A stretch of 64,000 nt of DNA from Octopus vulgaris (taxonomy: Eukaryota). Position numbers and translations under genes: made by a program. Location of the stretch: NCBI GenBank assembly GCA_951406725.2, contig OX597832.1, forward strand, positions 57,040,001-57,104,000, read 5' to 3'. Every line of letters starts with the position of its first letter. The stretch's first letter is position 1. The notes beneath the pieces were generated by a model. The model worked only from the letters and a program-made list of their open reading frames with translations, did no database searches and was not told the origin of the DNA. This document shows positions 12,940-26,020 of this stretch, one piece after another.

Positions 12940-13240
12940 TACCAGTGCCGGTGGTACGTAAGAGAACCATTGCCAGCACCGCCCCGACTGGCCTCGTGCC
13001 GGTGGCACGTAAAAAGCACCATCCGATCGTGGCCATTTGCCAGCCTCGTCTGGTGGCACGTAAAAAGCACCCACTACACTCACGGAGTGGTTGGCATTAG
13101 GAAGGGCATCCAGCTGTAGAAACATTGCCAGATCAGACTGGGCCTGGTGCAGCCTTCTGGCTTCCCAGACCCCAGTTGAACCGTCCAACCCATGCTAGCA
13201 TGGAAAGCGGATGCTAAACGAAGATGATGATGATGATGAT
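12940..13240 (+). mobile_element. SINE/LINE-tail repeat (RTE-related) with (GAT)n tail
   Basis: GTGGCACGTAAAAAGCACC repeats, GGAAGGGCATCCAGCTGTAGAAAC, CCATGCTAGCATGGAAAGCGG...(GAT)n. Related pieces at ~12390-12560, 13560-13720, 36710-36860 and 38236-38427. Confidence 0.7.
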
Positions 13241-15250
13241 AATTAACAATATAACTCTAATAATGATTTCAAATTTTGACGCAAGGCCAGCAGATTTGGA
13301 AGAGGAGCTAAGTCAATTAAATCAAGCCCTGTGTTCATCTGGCACTTATTTTATTGGTTCTGAAAGGAACAAAAGCAAAGCTGGACCTCACAGAATTTGA
13401 ACTCACGACGTAAAGACGGACAAAATGCCACCAAGCATTTTACCTGGCGTGCTAACGATTCTGCCGGCTTGCCCCTTGGATGTAACTCTACTAATGCACG
13501 AAAGAACAGCCACCCTTTTTAAAACCAGGTAACCTCACACAAAATGAGTCCACTCTGCAGGATGGTTGGTGTTTGGAATGGCATCCAACCGTAAAAAAAA
13601 AACTGCCAAAACTGATACAGAGAGGCCTGGTGCAGTCTTCTGCTTGACCCCATCCTGTCAAACCATCCAACCCATGCTAGCATGGAGGGCAGATGTTAAA
13701 CGATGATGACGATGATGATTATGCCTAAACCACATATAACCGATATAAAATTTAGCATCAAACACTTCAAAGAAATGACAATTCTTTCTGCTTCAGACAC
13801 AAGGCCTGAAATTTATGTGGAAGAGCCCTGCCAATTGCATTGACCCCAGTGCCTGACTGATACTCAATTTATTGATTTTGAAGAGGAAAAAGGGCAAAGC
13901 CAGCTTTGGTGTCATTTGAACTCAAAATCTAAAGAGCTGGAAAAAATGCTGCTGAGTATGTTGCCCAGCATTTGTTTACTTTTTTTTATTACGGTCATGC
14001 TGGAGCACTGCCTTAAAGGGTTTTTTAGTGGGAAAAAATTGACCCCAGGATTTATTCTATTGCTCTCTTTTACTGAAGTTACGGAGACATAAGTACACCA
14101 GTGATGATGGGGGGACAAGCATAGACACAAAGACACACACACACACATACACATAAATACATATATATATATATATGTGTGTGTGATAGGCTACTTTCAG
14201 TTTCCGTCTACCAAATCCACTCACTAGGCTTCAGTCAGCAGGAAGCTGTAGTAGAAGACACTTGCCCAAGATGCCATGCAGTGGAACTGAACCCAGAACC
14301 ATGTGGTTGGGAAGCAAGCTTCTTATTACACAGCCACACATGCTAATGATTCTGCCAACACACAGGTTTCTGATGCCAGCAATTTTGAATTGAAGCGGTT
14401 AATCAATACCAATCAACAACTGCAACAAACACGCTGTACTCCATATCACAAATAACCTCAAATGATGGGCAAACATACAGTCTAGGGTCCAAAAAGTGAA
14501 AGTAAATTGCAAGAGAAACTGTAAGTGAGTGTGAAATCCCATCATTTTATTATATTTATGAAACATGAAAATAATGCATAGAACATTCACACAGCTTTTA
14601 CACAGTTTCTGAACCTATTTTGTTGCGTATGCTCATAGGTACGATGTAAATAACACATCACTCATCCTTCGTTGTCATCCAAGTTTCTTTTTACCAAGTA
14701 TCCACCATCCTTTGACAGATTGTGTACGGATGCTCTCATAACTGGATTAAAAAAATCTAAAGAGTATGCGACATATATAGTTGTGAACCAAATTAACATA
14801 GAAAGCCTGCCATAGGGTATCAGATGTGTCCCTGGCAATAACCATTGCATTACAATGGGCTAAATTGTTCACGTGTATGACTAGGAATCTCAATCAAGCA
14901 GTATTTTCTGGTATCCCTTTCTGTTTCATCAAACACCCAATTTCCTTTATGGCATTCCCTGGTGATATTTTCCATGCATGTATTTATGAAATTAAGCTGT
15001 CACTTCTGGCACAATTTACTCTCACTAATTGCAGATTAACAAAGTAATGCATTCACATTACAACACCAAGTGAACCAATAATCCACAAAGTCTAAAAATC
15101 ACTACAGAGTAATTAACATCATCATCGTTAAAAACAATGAAGATCATACCATTCCCCATGTTACAAAAAAAACAACCCCAAATAATGTGACTACTTTGTA
15201 AAACCAACCAAACAAACAATAAACCTAGTCAATAATGATACAGTGTACTA

Positions 15251-16120
15251 TAGGGTGTCCCCAAAGTCACTGAGGGGTTTCAATTTTTAATAACTTCCTT
15301 AAATTTACAAATAAATGCATGAAATTTTGATACAATATAAAGGACATAATGGAAATTAATATGCACGAGTCAGATTTTGCAACACCACTACATCACATAT
15401 GAAAAACAGCATCGCTTAAATGGCAGCCATCTTTGGCTTCACATGCCCTTGCTCTTTCCAAAACTTGCACCATAACACCCTCAAGAGTTTCAGACCCCAC
15501 TTCTCTGATTTCTCTATTGATGTTCTTCAGTTGCACCAGGGTCTTCTGTAACATAAGCCCTCTCTTTCAGGTATCCTCACGAGAAAAAATCCGAGCTAGG
15601 CCAATTGACATTGCCATACTAAGAGATTATTCTCTCTCCAAAGCATTGCCATAGCAGCTGCATTGTTTCTTTTTCAGTATAAGCAGTCTCCCCATCTTGC
15701 TGGAACCATGTGTGAGGTCTGCTTTGAATGGCCTTCACGTTCCCCAGACTTGACTAACCCAGATTTTTTTTTCTTGTGGGAGGTGGGGATACCTGAAAGA
15801 GAGGGTTTATGTCAACAAACTGGAGACTCTGGTGCAACTGAAGGGGAACATCAAGAGAGTAATCACAGAAGTGGGGTCTGAAACTCTCGAGGGTCTTATG
15901 GTGCAAGTTTTGGAAAGAGTACGGGTGTGTGAAGCCGAAAATGGCTGCCATTTGAGTGATGTCATTTTTCATATGTGATATAGTGGTGTTGCAAAATCTG
16001 ACTTGTGCATATTAATTTCCATTATGTCCTTTATATTGTAACAAAATTTCATGCACTTATTTGTAATGTTAAGGAAGTTATTAAAAATTGAAACCCATCA
16101 GAGACTTTTGGGATGTTCTG
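15251..16120. mobile_element. Tc1/mariner DD41D (rosa/VS-type) fold-back derivative
   Basis: ~340-bp inverted arms starting TA|TAGGGTGTCCCCAAAGTC and ending GACTTTTGGGATGTTCTG. Minus strand gives WFQQDGETAYTEKETMQLLWQCFGERIIS*YGNVNWP and plus strand gives WPSRSPDLTNPDFFFLW. Joined at WP, 41 residues separate the second and third D. Confidence 0.85.
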
Positions 16121-16483
16121 TCAATTATGACGATGAGAGTTCCAGTTAATCCAATCATCAGAACAGCCTGCTCATACAATTAATGTGTTCTACAGACACA
16201 TGTACCCTTAATGTAGATCTCAGGGGAATTCAGCATGACGCAGAATGTGCCAAGGCTGGTTCTTTGGAAATACAGGAGCAATTCGTTTTTGCCAGCTGAG
16301 GAGACTGGAGCAATGAGAAATAAAGAGTCTTGCACCACTGGGAATTGAACTCACAACCATATGACCACTAAGCCAAACACCTCATGTACCACATATAACA
16401 GTTTGTACACAGACTGCTTCCATAGCAAAGGATTTAAGAAGCACAAAAGAAGCAGCACTTGAACAATGTTCAGCAACAACGCT

Positions 16484-16960
16484 TTAACCCTTTCGTTACC
16501 AACCTGGATGAAACTGCCTCAGGCTCTGTAGTACAAATATCTTGTTTTCATTAGTTTTGAATTAAATTCTTCCATCAAACCTTAGTCACAATTTATGTTC
16601 CTAACACTAGCTGAATAATAACTAAGTTATTTTACTAAATTCTTTGTTATATTTAAAATTAATTAAAAGAAACACAAAGCATCTGAAAATAAATATGGTA
16701 ATGAAAGGGTTAAAATATATAATAGAGAAAGAATTCTTAGCACTTTCAATACCAACCTGGCTGAAACCAGCGCTGGCTCTAGTACAAATGTCTTGTTTTC
16801 ATAAGTTTTGAATTAAATTCTTCCACCAAACCTTAGTCACAATTTATGTTCCTAACACTAGCTTAATGATAACCAAGTTATTTTACTAAACTCTTTGTTA
16901 TATTTAAAATTAATTGAAAGTAACACAGTAACAACAGAAATATGGTAACAAAAGGGTTCA
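16484..16960. mobile_element. tandem dimer of the TTAA MITE with the same spacer as 5741-6690
   Basis: TTAA-CCCTTTCGTTACC...GAAAGGG-TTAA-AATATATAATAGAGAAAGAATTC-TTAG-CACTTTCAATACC...AAAAGGG-TTCA. Confidence 0.85.
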
Positions 16961-17005
16961 TACCAACAGAAGATTTGTAATGTGAAGAACTAAATAAACA
17001 AATCT

Positions 17006-17425
17006 GGCACAGGAGTGGCTGTTGTATGTAGCTTGCTTATCAACCACATGGTCCAGGGTTCAGTCCCACTGCATGGCACCTTGGGCAACTGTCTTCTGTT
17101 ATAGCCTCGGGCTGAGCAAAACCTTGTGAGTTGGTTTGGTAAACGGAAACTGAAAGAAGCCCGTCATATGTATATATATGTGTGTGTGTGTGTGCATGTG
17201 TGTGTGTGTGTGTGTGTGTGTGTCTGTCTGTCCCCCTACCATCACTTGACAACCGAGGTTGTGGTGTTTACATCCCCGTGAGTTAGCATTTCGGCAGAAA
17301 AGGCCGGTAGGATAAATAAATACTAGGCTTACAAAGAAAAAGTCCTGGGGTTGATTTGTTCGACAAAAGGCAGTGCTCCAGCATGGCTGCAGTCAAATGA
17401 CTGAAACAAACAACAGAATAAAAGA
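17006..17425 (+). mobile_element. SINE family A
   Basis: Same head, CORE-like block, central (TG)n and tail as 8542-8946. Confidence 0.85.
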
Positions 17426-17950
17426 CTATATACCTTTTAAAGTATTGGCTTATGGTAACAGCAAAGTTATGCTGTGGCAAGTTAGTCACCCATGTGAAAC
17501 GAGGAACCAGAATACTCTTATTTACTCATGCGCAAATTGCATCCCTAATTTAGTATTAAATCTTGATACAAAATGTTTTCCCTTCATGTTCAGACTTGTT
17601 TTTTGCAGATGAAATTAAATATAAACAAGTACGACTTATGCACCAGTAAATACGGTAAATTACTTTGGTTTGGTATTGCAGGTGTGTACATTAAAAATCA
17701 GGTGTTGTATTCAGGGAGAATATTTTTTATCGTTTATTTGTTTCAGTCAGTAGATTGCGACCATGCTGGGGCACCACAATGACTTTTTAGTCAAATGAAT
17801 TGACCCCAGTTCTTTTATTTTTTTTATTATTTTTTCTTTAAGCCTGGTACTTATTCTATCAGTTTCTTTTGGCAGACTGCTAAGTTATGGGATGTAAACA
17901 AACCAACACTGGGTTTCAAGCAATGGTGGGGGACAAACACAGACACAAAG

Positions 17951-17986
<36 letters not shown>

Positions 17987-18137
17987 CAGGTGTTTTTTTT
18001 TGGTTTCCTTCAACCAAATCCACTCGCAGGGCTTTGGTTGGCCCAAGTCTATAGTAAAAGACAATTGCACAAGGTGCCACACCGTGGGACTGAGCCTGGA
18101 ACCATGTGAGAACTAAGTTAGATTGAGATTTGGTATA

Positions 18138-18357
18138 TTCTTTTCTACTCTAGGCACAAGGCCTGAAATTTTTGGGGAGGGAGGAGCAGTCGATTAGATC
18201 GACCCCAGTACACAACTGGTACTTAATTTATCGACCCCAAAAGGATGAAAGGCAAAGTTGACCTCAGCGGAATTTGAACTCGGGATGTATAAAGACAGAC
18301 GAAATACTGCTAAGCATTTCGCCCGGTGTGCTAACATTTATGCCAGCTGGCTGCCTT
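18138..18357 (-). mobile_element. tRNA-derived SINE, family B (Nin/Deu-domain-like)
   Basis: Minus strand GAGTTCAAATTCCGC (B box) followed by CTTTGCCTTTCATCCTTTTGGGGTCGATAAATTAAGTACCAG, which resembles the Nin/Deu SINE domain. Confidence 0.75.
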
Positions 18358-19087
18358 AGAAATTTGGTATATTAGAGAATAGCAATCTTGTGGATCACAC
18401 TTCATCGTTTGGCTGACAGCATATTGTAAGACTGGTCAATTTGAGTTCACCTGGGGTTATACGGCAGCTGGTATCACCCACCTCACCTACAGGGAAGAGG
18501 TTACCTAAAGAACAAGTGATTTCATGATTTCAAACAGTTTTGATGATCAGATTTGTTCAGAACACATCAAAACATCAAAAACCATAAGAAAAAAAAAACA
18601 TATTCCACCTTCAAAGTAACATAGTGTAATCGTAAAAAATTATCCAGCCTTTATTTTGTTCTCTTTTTCTCCCTCTAAATTCTTAAATGTCTAGCAAAAG
18701 TTTTTGGATCGACTGCTATTTCAGTGTCTTAAGGTCAACAAACCATTAAAAGAGATTAAGAATTCCAGTGCCATTAACTACTTAAACGACCATACATTAT
18801 TTCTTTTGTTTGGTCTGCTCCTTTTATATTTGTCAGAAGCCAAAACATTTTCCAAAGAACAGATTTCATATAATTATAACATTATTCTTATGAGATTAAC
18901 ATCAAAAGTTTATATGGCATAAGATTCTACAAAGTTAGTTCTTGGACAAAGTAAAATTTTTTTTTACTTTAACAAGATTCCATGATGCAAGACAAAAGAC
19001 AGAATCTAAAATAACTGTTGCTTGTTTATTTGTTTGTTTGTTTGTTTAGTCACAAATTTTTCAATTTTGATAGTTTTTCTTGTTTTC

Positions 19088-19512
19088 AAAATATTTTGGC
19101 AATTTAGGTGGAGGAGTGGCTGTGTGGTAAGTAGCTTGCTTACGAACCACACGGTCCGGGTTCAGTCCCACTGCATGGCACCCTGGGTAAGTGTCTTCTA
19201 CTATAGCCTCGGGCCGATCAAAACCTTGTGAGTGGATTTGGTAGACAGAAACTGAAAGAAGCCCGTCGTATATATGTATATATATATATATATATGTGCT
19301 CGTATATGTTTGTCCCCCCCCAACATTGCTTGACAACTGATGCTGGTGTGTTTACATCCCCGTAACTTAGCGGTTCAGCTAAATATACTGATAGAATAAG
19401 TACTAGGCTTACAAAGAATAAGTCCTGGGTGGGGACAATTTGCTTGACTAAAAGCGGTGCTCCAGCATGGCCACAGTCAAATGACTGAAACAAGTAAAAG
19501 AGTAAAAGAGTA
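19088..19512 (+). mobile_element. SINE family A
   Basis: Full head-to-tail match to 8542-8946. Confidence 0.9.
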
Positions 19513-20517
19513 AGTATCTCTTGTTTAGAGATATGTAGATTGCTATTCTGAAAAAGTGCTTTTTTCCAAATTTCAGCTTTTTTTGTTTTTGTTTTGCTAA
19601 ATTTATGCCAATTGTTTACAATAATTCTTCACTTCCAATTTTTTATCATAAATTGGAAGAATGCCTCTTCGCAAATGAGATTTCCATTAAAGCAATAAAC
19701 ACAAGAGTTGCAAGGGATTTAGCTACTATTTCTAAAGGGTTGATAGCAAACCAAGTAGAGCCCCCCCCCCCCCAGTGTTTTTCTTAACAAGCAACCAAGA
19801 GAAAGAGGGAGGAATAAATAAATAAATAATTAAAGGGGGCAAATGATTAAGAAAGGGAAAAAAGACTCAGTCAGGTAGGGAGATTAAACAAAAATTAATA
19901 CAGTATAGCAGGCAGAGAGTTAGAGAGCAAGAAGAAATGCAGAGATGAAGATACAAAAATTGGGATATGGGGTGAGAGATTCATCATATTGATTTTTTAT
20001 TTGAAACTTGTAGCAAATTAAAATTTCAAGTCAGAGTTCAACGGAAGAGGAAATGAATAACTGGTGGTGGGGGGGGCACCTTGCTGACTTTTGGAAGAAC
20101 ATATCAATAAATGGGTTTCGATTGTAGGATAATGGATATGGAAAAGACAGAGCATCTAAACAGACACCATCTCGTCCTTGCATGGGGCACTGAGGTGGGG
20201 CGGTAGTCAGATTTAGTTGACTCAATGCAAGTCAGGTCGATCGCAGCTTAACAAAAAAATCGGAAGAGTGACACGGATGAATTTGCAGTGAATGTGATCG
20301 AAATGAAAGAATATAAACAAAAACAAGAACAAATAAATCTAAAACAGGAGGTTGAAGACAGATAAACTAAGATGTGGTGTGTAAGATGTAACCATACACC
20401 TAAGGAGATTTCGTCTTATATTTCTGTAGCAAATAGCAACAACCTGATTAATAAACGTAATTTTTGCTAGGGCTTGCAATACAGTTTTAATCAACAGTAA
20501 AAGTCATTCACCATATT

Positions 20518-20895
20518 TCATGGCACATATGATGCATGTCTTTTCCAAAAATGTCTCAAAGAATTCCCCTGGGTCCTATACGCAAAGTTGGGCCTTCCAT
20601 AAGCTAATATTACATGCTTTAATGCACTAAAAACTTTTCTCTTGAATAAGCATTGCTGATGTTGGGCTGCATCAAATATGCCATGAAATGCAGTCATTTT
20701 ACTAATCTGTGTTGTAGAATGGTTGGTAAGTTCCCAGAAAGACGAGACTGCTTTGCAGCTTTGATTCCCAGTTGAATCTTTCACTTAACTCAATGTACTT
20801 TTGTCTTTGACTGAAAGAATCAGCACCTCATCCTTGAAATATTCTTCCAATCTTTGGATTGTTGTGCAAAACTGAATCAGAGAATCCATCAAAAT
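20518..20895 (-). pseudogene. decayed coding-like fragment, probably transposon-derived
   Basis: One frame is open for ~120 codons with a single stop (MDSLIQFCTTIQRLEEYFKDEVLILSVKDKSTLS*VKDSTG...). It overlaps a motif GG(G/T)CCTATA(C/T)GCAAAGTTGGGCC that recurs at ~45789 and, more diverged, at ~47540. Confidence 0.25.
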
Positions 20896-21270
20896 AATAT
20901 TGTAAAAGAAAGAAAAAACACTGAACTCAGGCTATATATGTCTATAAATATACCGTATTCTTTTCCCAATTTCACCTAGTGGACAATGACAATACTGGAA
21001 CTAACAACAAATTTATCAAGTTTACTAAATCTCAGCACTTACTGTAATGGTAGATAAAGCATTTTATTAACTAACACAAATTTTTGCATTATCACTATTT
21101 TACTGAATGAACCATTTTATTTTCCCAGTTTGGCAACAAGCAAGCAGAATCATAAGTACATCACACAGAATGTTTAGTGGTATCTCCCTTGATGTATGAA
21201 GTTCAACTTGCGCTAAGGTCGACTTTGCATTTCATCCTGCCAGGGTTGATAAAATAAGTATTGAGGTTAT

Positions 21271-21800
21271 AGTTCTATATTTAAGAGATGAGGAATTATG
21301 TACATTATTTACATTTGACGGATATTTGTCCTCATCTTGTTTGTATTTAACACGTTTCAGCTGATATACCCTCCAGTCTTCATCAGGTGTCTTGGAGAAA
21401 TTTCAAACCTGGGTTCTCATTCCTAGGGTATTTTTTGATGTTATCATTTTTTTGATGTTCTCATTCCTAAGGTATTTTTTGATGTTATTATTATTATTAT
21501 TATTATTATTCAGATCACTCCCTGTTGTTGTTATTATTATTATTATTATCATTGTTGTTATTATTCAGGTCACTGCCTAGAATCAAACTCGGAATCTTGG
21601 GGTTAGTTTCCTGTGCTCTTAACAACAACAACAATAAATAATAATAATATTGAAAAATATCTTAGGAATGAGAACCCAGGTTCGAAATTTCCCCAAGACA
21701 CCTGATGAAGGCTGGAGGGTATAGCAGCCGAAACGTTGTGTTAACAACGAACAAGATGAGGACAAATATCCGTCGAATGTAAATAATGTAAATAATGTAA
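21271..21800. mobile_element. tRNA-headed hammerhead-bearing element in fold-back (Penelope-like) configuration
   Basis: The minus arm reads tRNA-like GTTAAGAGCACAGG...CCGAGTTTGATTCTAGGC, then (AAT)n, a ~180-bp tail and an HHR. An inverted plus-strand copy of the tail spans ~21650-21800. Flanked by TAAGTATTGAGGTT / TAAGTACTGCGGTT (14 bp, 2 mismatches) inside a family B SINE. Confidence 0.75.
21697..21742 (+). ncRNA. minimal type-I hammerhead ribozyme motif
   Basis: GACAC-CTGATGA-A-GGCTG-(GAGGGTATAG)-CAGCC-GAAAC-GTT-GTGTT. Stem I is ACAC/GTGT, stem II is 5 bp, and palindromic AACGTT replaces stem III. Confidence 0.75.
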
Positions 21801-22522
21801 GTACTGCGGTTGATATAATTGATTTTTCCGCTCCTCATGAAATACCTGGCTTTGTACCAAAATCTGAAGAACCATTATTATTAAGGTGGCAAGCTGATAG
21901 AATCAATTATCACACTGATGCTTAACGGCATTTCTTACAACTCATTATATCTAGGGCTGATAAAATGAATAAATGCTAGTTTAGCTTCAGAGTCAATGTA
22001 ATCAACCTGCCCATCCCCTCAAAATTTCTGGCCTCGTGCTAAAATTTGAAACCATTAACATCTTTATTGTGACTAGAGTTAATTTTGAATTCATTTTTGA
22101 TGGTTTTGTTACAAATCATTGGAGTCTGCCTGTCACCTCTCAGATTGGATTTTTTATTTTCATTTTTTTCCCTGTCTTTCTCGTATAATTTAAAATTTCA
22201 ATCAACAAGCAAATAAAAATTTAAAATGAATTAAATATTCAACATCAGTTGCTGTAAAAATACAGAACAAACATTAAAAAAAAAAAAACGGAATAACACA
22301 ACTGACATTTGATTAAAAGTATTTAGCATACTTACGAACAATGATTAATGAATAATGATTTAATGACAATAACTATGATAAATGAATGATTAACTGTGGT
22401 TAACCGTCGTCGACGTTGTCATCATCGTCACCACCACCAACATCACCCCTATCAAAACCACCACCACCACCACCATCATCATCACCACCATCTCCACTAT
22501 TACCACCACCACCACTACCCGT

Positions 22523-22575
<53 letters not shown>

Positions 22576-23021
22576 TTATATATGTTTGTGTGTCTGTGTT
22601 TGTCCCCCCACTATCGCTTGACAACCGATGTTGGTGCGTTTACATTCCCGTAACTTAACAGTTCAGCAAAAGATACCAGTAGAATAAGTACCAGGCTTAC
22701 AAAGAATAAGTCCTGGGGTCGATTTGTTCGACTAAAGGTGGTGCCCCAACATGGCGACAGTCAAATGACTGAAACATGTAAAAGAGTAAAAATCTATACA
22801 TGTGTATGTGTTGCAGAAATCTATTTATGACAAGCAACAGATTTTGGTCAGCATTTCTTATATTCTCCAAGCAGTATTTCTCAACCCCACTTTTGTTTTA
22901 CTAATGGAACCCATTTGATTCCTGTCTCACTCGGAAAGACCCCAAATATTTTTTAAAATCCTGTTGTATTTTTATAATCATATATTATTAGGAATTCTAT
23001 AAAAAGACTATTCTTGCTCCT

Positions 23022-23230
23022 CTTACTTTGTTCAGTCACATGACTGTGGCCATGCTGGAGCGCGGCTTTTAGTCAAATGAATCGACCCCAGGACTTATTC
23101 TTTGTAAGCCTAGTACTTACTCTATTGGTCTCTTTTGCCAAAATGCTAAGCTGTGAGGATGTAAACACACCAACATTGGTTGTCAAGCGATGATAGGGGT
23201 ACAAACACAAACATACAAATACATACATAC

Positions 23231-23277
<47 letters not shown>

Positions 23278-23461
23278 TAAAAACGGTAAGATAACAAAAG
23301 AAAGAAAGGGACCTCAATATTATGTAAATAGAGGAAATTTATCTGTAAAATAATATGTGACAATTATTCAGTAGAAGAGATGGTGGTGTGGATTTCTACC
23401 TCGGCATCCGAAACTGAGAGTTTTATCTTGGCTACCGAATAATTATCACATATTATTTTAC

Positions 23462-23507
<46 letters not shown>

Positions 23508-23670
23508 TCAACGGGCTTCTTTCAGTATCCGTCTATCAAATCCACTCACAAGGTTTGGTCAGCCTGAGGCTATAGTAGAAGACAACTGGCCAACGTGCCA
23601 TGCAGTGGGACTGAACCCGGAGCCATGTGGTTGGGAAGCAAGCTTCTTACCACACAGCCGCTCCTGCACC
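23022..23670 (-). mobile_element. SINE family A interrupted in its central (TA)n by a fold-back insertion
   Basis: SINE tail at 23022-23230 and head at 23510-23670, with the insert at 23276-23466. Confidence 0.8.
23276..23466. mobile_element. Penelope-like fold-back remnant with 5'-truncated hammerhead
   Basis: Inverted repeat 23341-23374 / 23432-23465. The loop contains GAAGA-GATG...CATC-C-GAAACTGAGAGTT (HHR core lacking the leading CT). Flanked by (TA)n. Confidence 0.55.
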
Positions 23671-25599
23671 TGCTTAAATATTTTGTGTATCTCAGAAATA
23701 TAATAACAAAATTTTATATGGACCCTCAAGGGCCATTAGAGTTTAGCTGAGAATCGCTGTCTGAGAGAGAGAAAGAGAGAGAGGAACGATTGTCAATTCA
23801 GTTATGAGTGATAATAAATATTCATGAATTTTACGAGACAAAAGGATATAAATAAAATAAGGAAATTTTATTAAAAGTTATGGTCTTCATATTGATTTTG
23901 TCTTTCTCAAGTTTCTTTGCATTTCTTTTTAGAAAAATAAACATTGAGGAATGCGTATAAACATTCCTGTTGAACTAAATAAATCAATACATGACAAATA
24001 TTTATTTTATTGACTCAAGAGGGATGAAAGGTAAAGCGGGCCCCCACTGAGGTTTGAACCTGGACGCAACGCATTACTTCACTTGTCGTCTTATTTCTCT
24101 CATTTAACTCATGAATATTAATTAATGTCTCGAGTGATTTAATCATCCGCTTGTTTAAGAATTACCTCTTCACAAATACCATACACATCGAAACGTGATG
24201 GACATTCAAACCAAAATGGAAGAAGCGTCTATGTGGCTGCTTGTTGTGTTCTTGAGCAAGACACTTTATTTCACGTTGCTCCAGTTCACTCAGCTGTAGA
24301 AATGAGTTGTGACATCACAGGTGCCAAGCTGTATCAGCCCCTTTGCCTTTCCCTTGGATAACATTGGTGGTGTGGATTAGGGGAGGCCGGTATTCAAGGG
24401 TGACTGCTGGCCTTCCATAAAGAACCTTGCCCGAACTTGTGCCTCGGAGGGTAACTTTGTAGGTGCAATCCCATGGTCAGTCATGACCAAAGGGGGTCTC
24501 AGTATATATATATATATATAACAAGCTTCTTTCAGTTTCCATCTACCAAATCTACTCACAAGGCTTTGGTCAGTCTGAGGCTATAGTAGAAAACACTTGT
24601 CCAAGGTGCCATGCAATGGGACTGAACCTAAAACCATGTGGTTAGGAAGTAAACGTCTTACCTGCACCTAATTCTGATGAAACAGAATTTGTTTAAACAA
24701 GTATAGAAAGTATGTATTGTACTTGGTTTGAAATATTTTATTTCTAAGAAAAACCAAAATCCACTCTTAACCCCTCGCACACCCTTAATATTTGCCAGCT
24801 CTTTGTGAGGTCACAATGTACCCCCAAGGGACCGTTGCTTTAGAGAATTGCCACCCACCCTCATCCTTTCCATAATGATCCAGTTTTGACATTTTTTCAA
24901 GAATTTCTTCAGATTTATGTTTTATAAAGTTTTGCATATTTTCTGAAGAATCACTCACAGAAATATCTGAAAAAATTTTCAAAATTAAGTTAAAACTGAA
25001 AAATTCTGGAAAAGATAAGAGGGGGAAGATCCTTTCTCCTATCTGCCTCCACATCTTTTTCTGTTTTGCTTTATTGCAGAACTGAAGTATCTGATGCATA
25101 TTCAAACATAAACATCTAAAAAAAAATTATGGTTTTTGGTACACTAGATCATTTCAGACTATTCTAGTAGAATGCAAGCATTCTGTTCTCTGCTTTATTG
25201 AACCTGACAATCCCAAAGCAACTTGGTTTTGATTTCCCATATAGATTCATTTCATTTATGATGTTCAAAGTCCTTTTGAAAATAACGAACATCACAACTT
25301 CCGATTCCTCTCTGGTTTCAATAAATCTAAGGTTTTTAGCAACCATCACAAAAACACTTCGCAAGTCAATGAACAACAAATAAGAAACGGCACAGCACAT
25401 ACATAAATATCTATATACACACACACACATATATCATATACATGTATATATACAGATATACACACACCCATGTAAGCCAGGAAAAGAAACAAAAATTAAT
25501 GTAGTGATGAGGGACTGAATATCAATCAGCAAACTACCTTTATCACGATATATGTATACTTATGTATTCATAAAGATATAAAGACAGAAAAGATTTACC

Positions 25600-26020
<421 letters not shown>

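Noticed and set aside
17609-17654. Plus-strand 46-nt exon (TTTTTTGCAG...GTAAAT); also a 54-nt minus-strand candidate near 18451-18504
   Set aside because: Splice-like signals alone, with no recognisable peptide or partner exons.
20785-20871. Terminal exon FCTTIQRLEEYFKDEVLILSVKDKSTLS*
   Set aside because: The same frame extends on both sides and the region overlaps a motif repeated elsewhere in the window, so a decayed TE fragment is more likely.
22396-22658. His/Pro/Gly-rich ORFs
   Set aside because: (CAC/CAT)n trinucleotide repeat joined to (TA)n and a SINE half.
24670-24690. CTGATGA followed by AAC as a hammerhead
   Set aside because: There is no stem II or GAAA; it is only a 7-bp AATTCTG/CAGAATT hairpin.
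24785-25105. Exon resembling a START-domain N-terminus (EEILEKMSKLDHYGKDEGGWQFSKAT)
   Set aside because: The resemblance is short, no downstream START exons were found, the donor is ambiguous and the surroundings look like an old DNA element. Needs BLASTX or RNA-seq.
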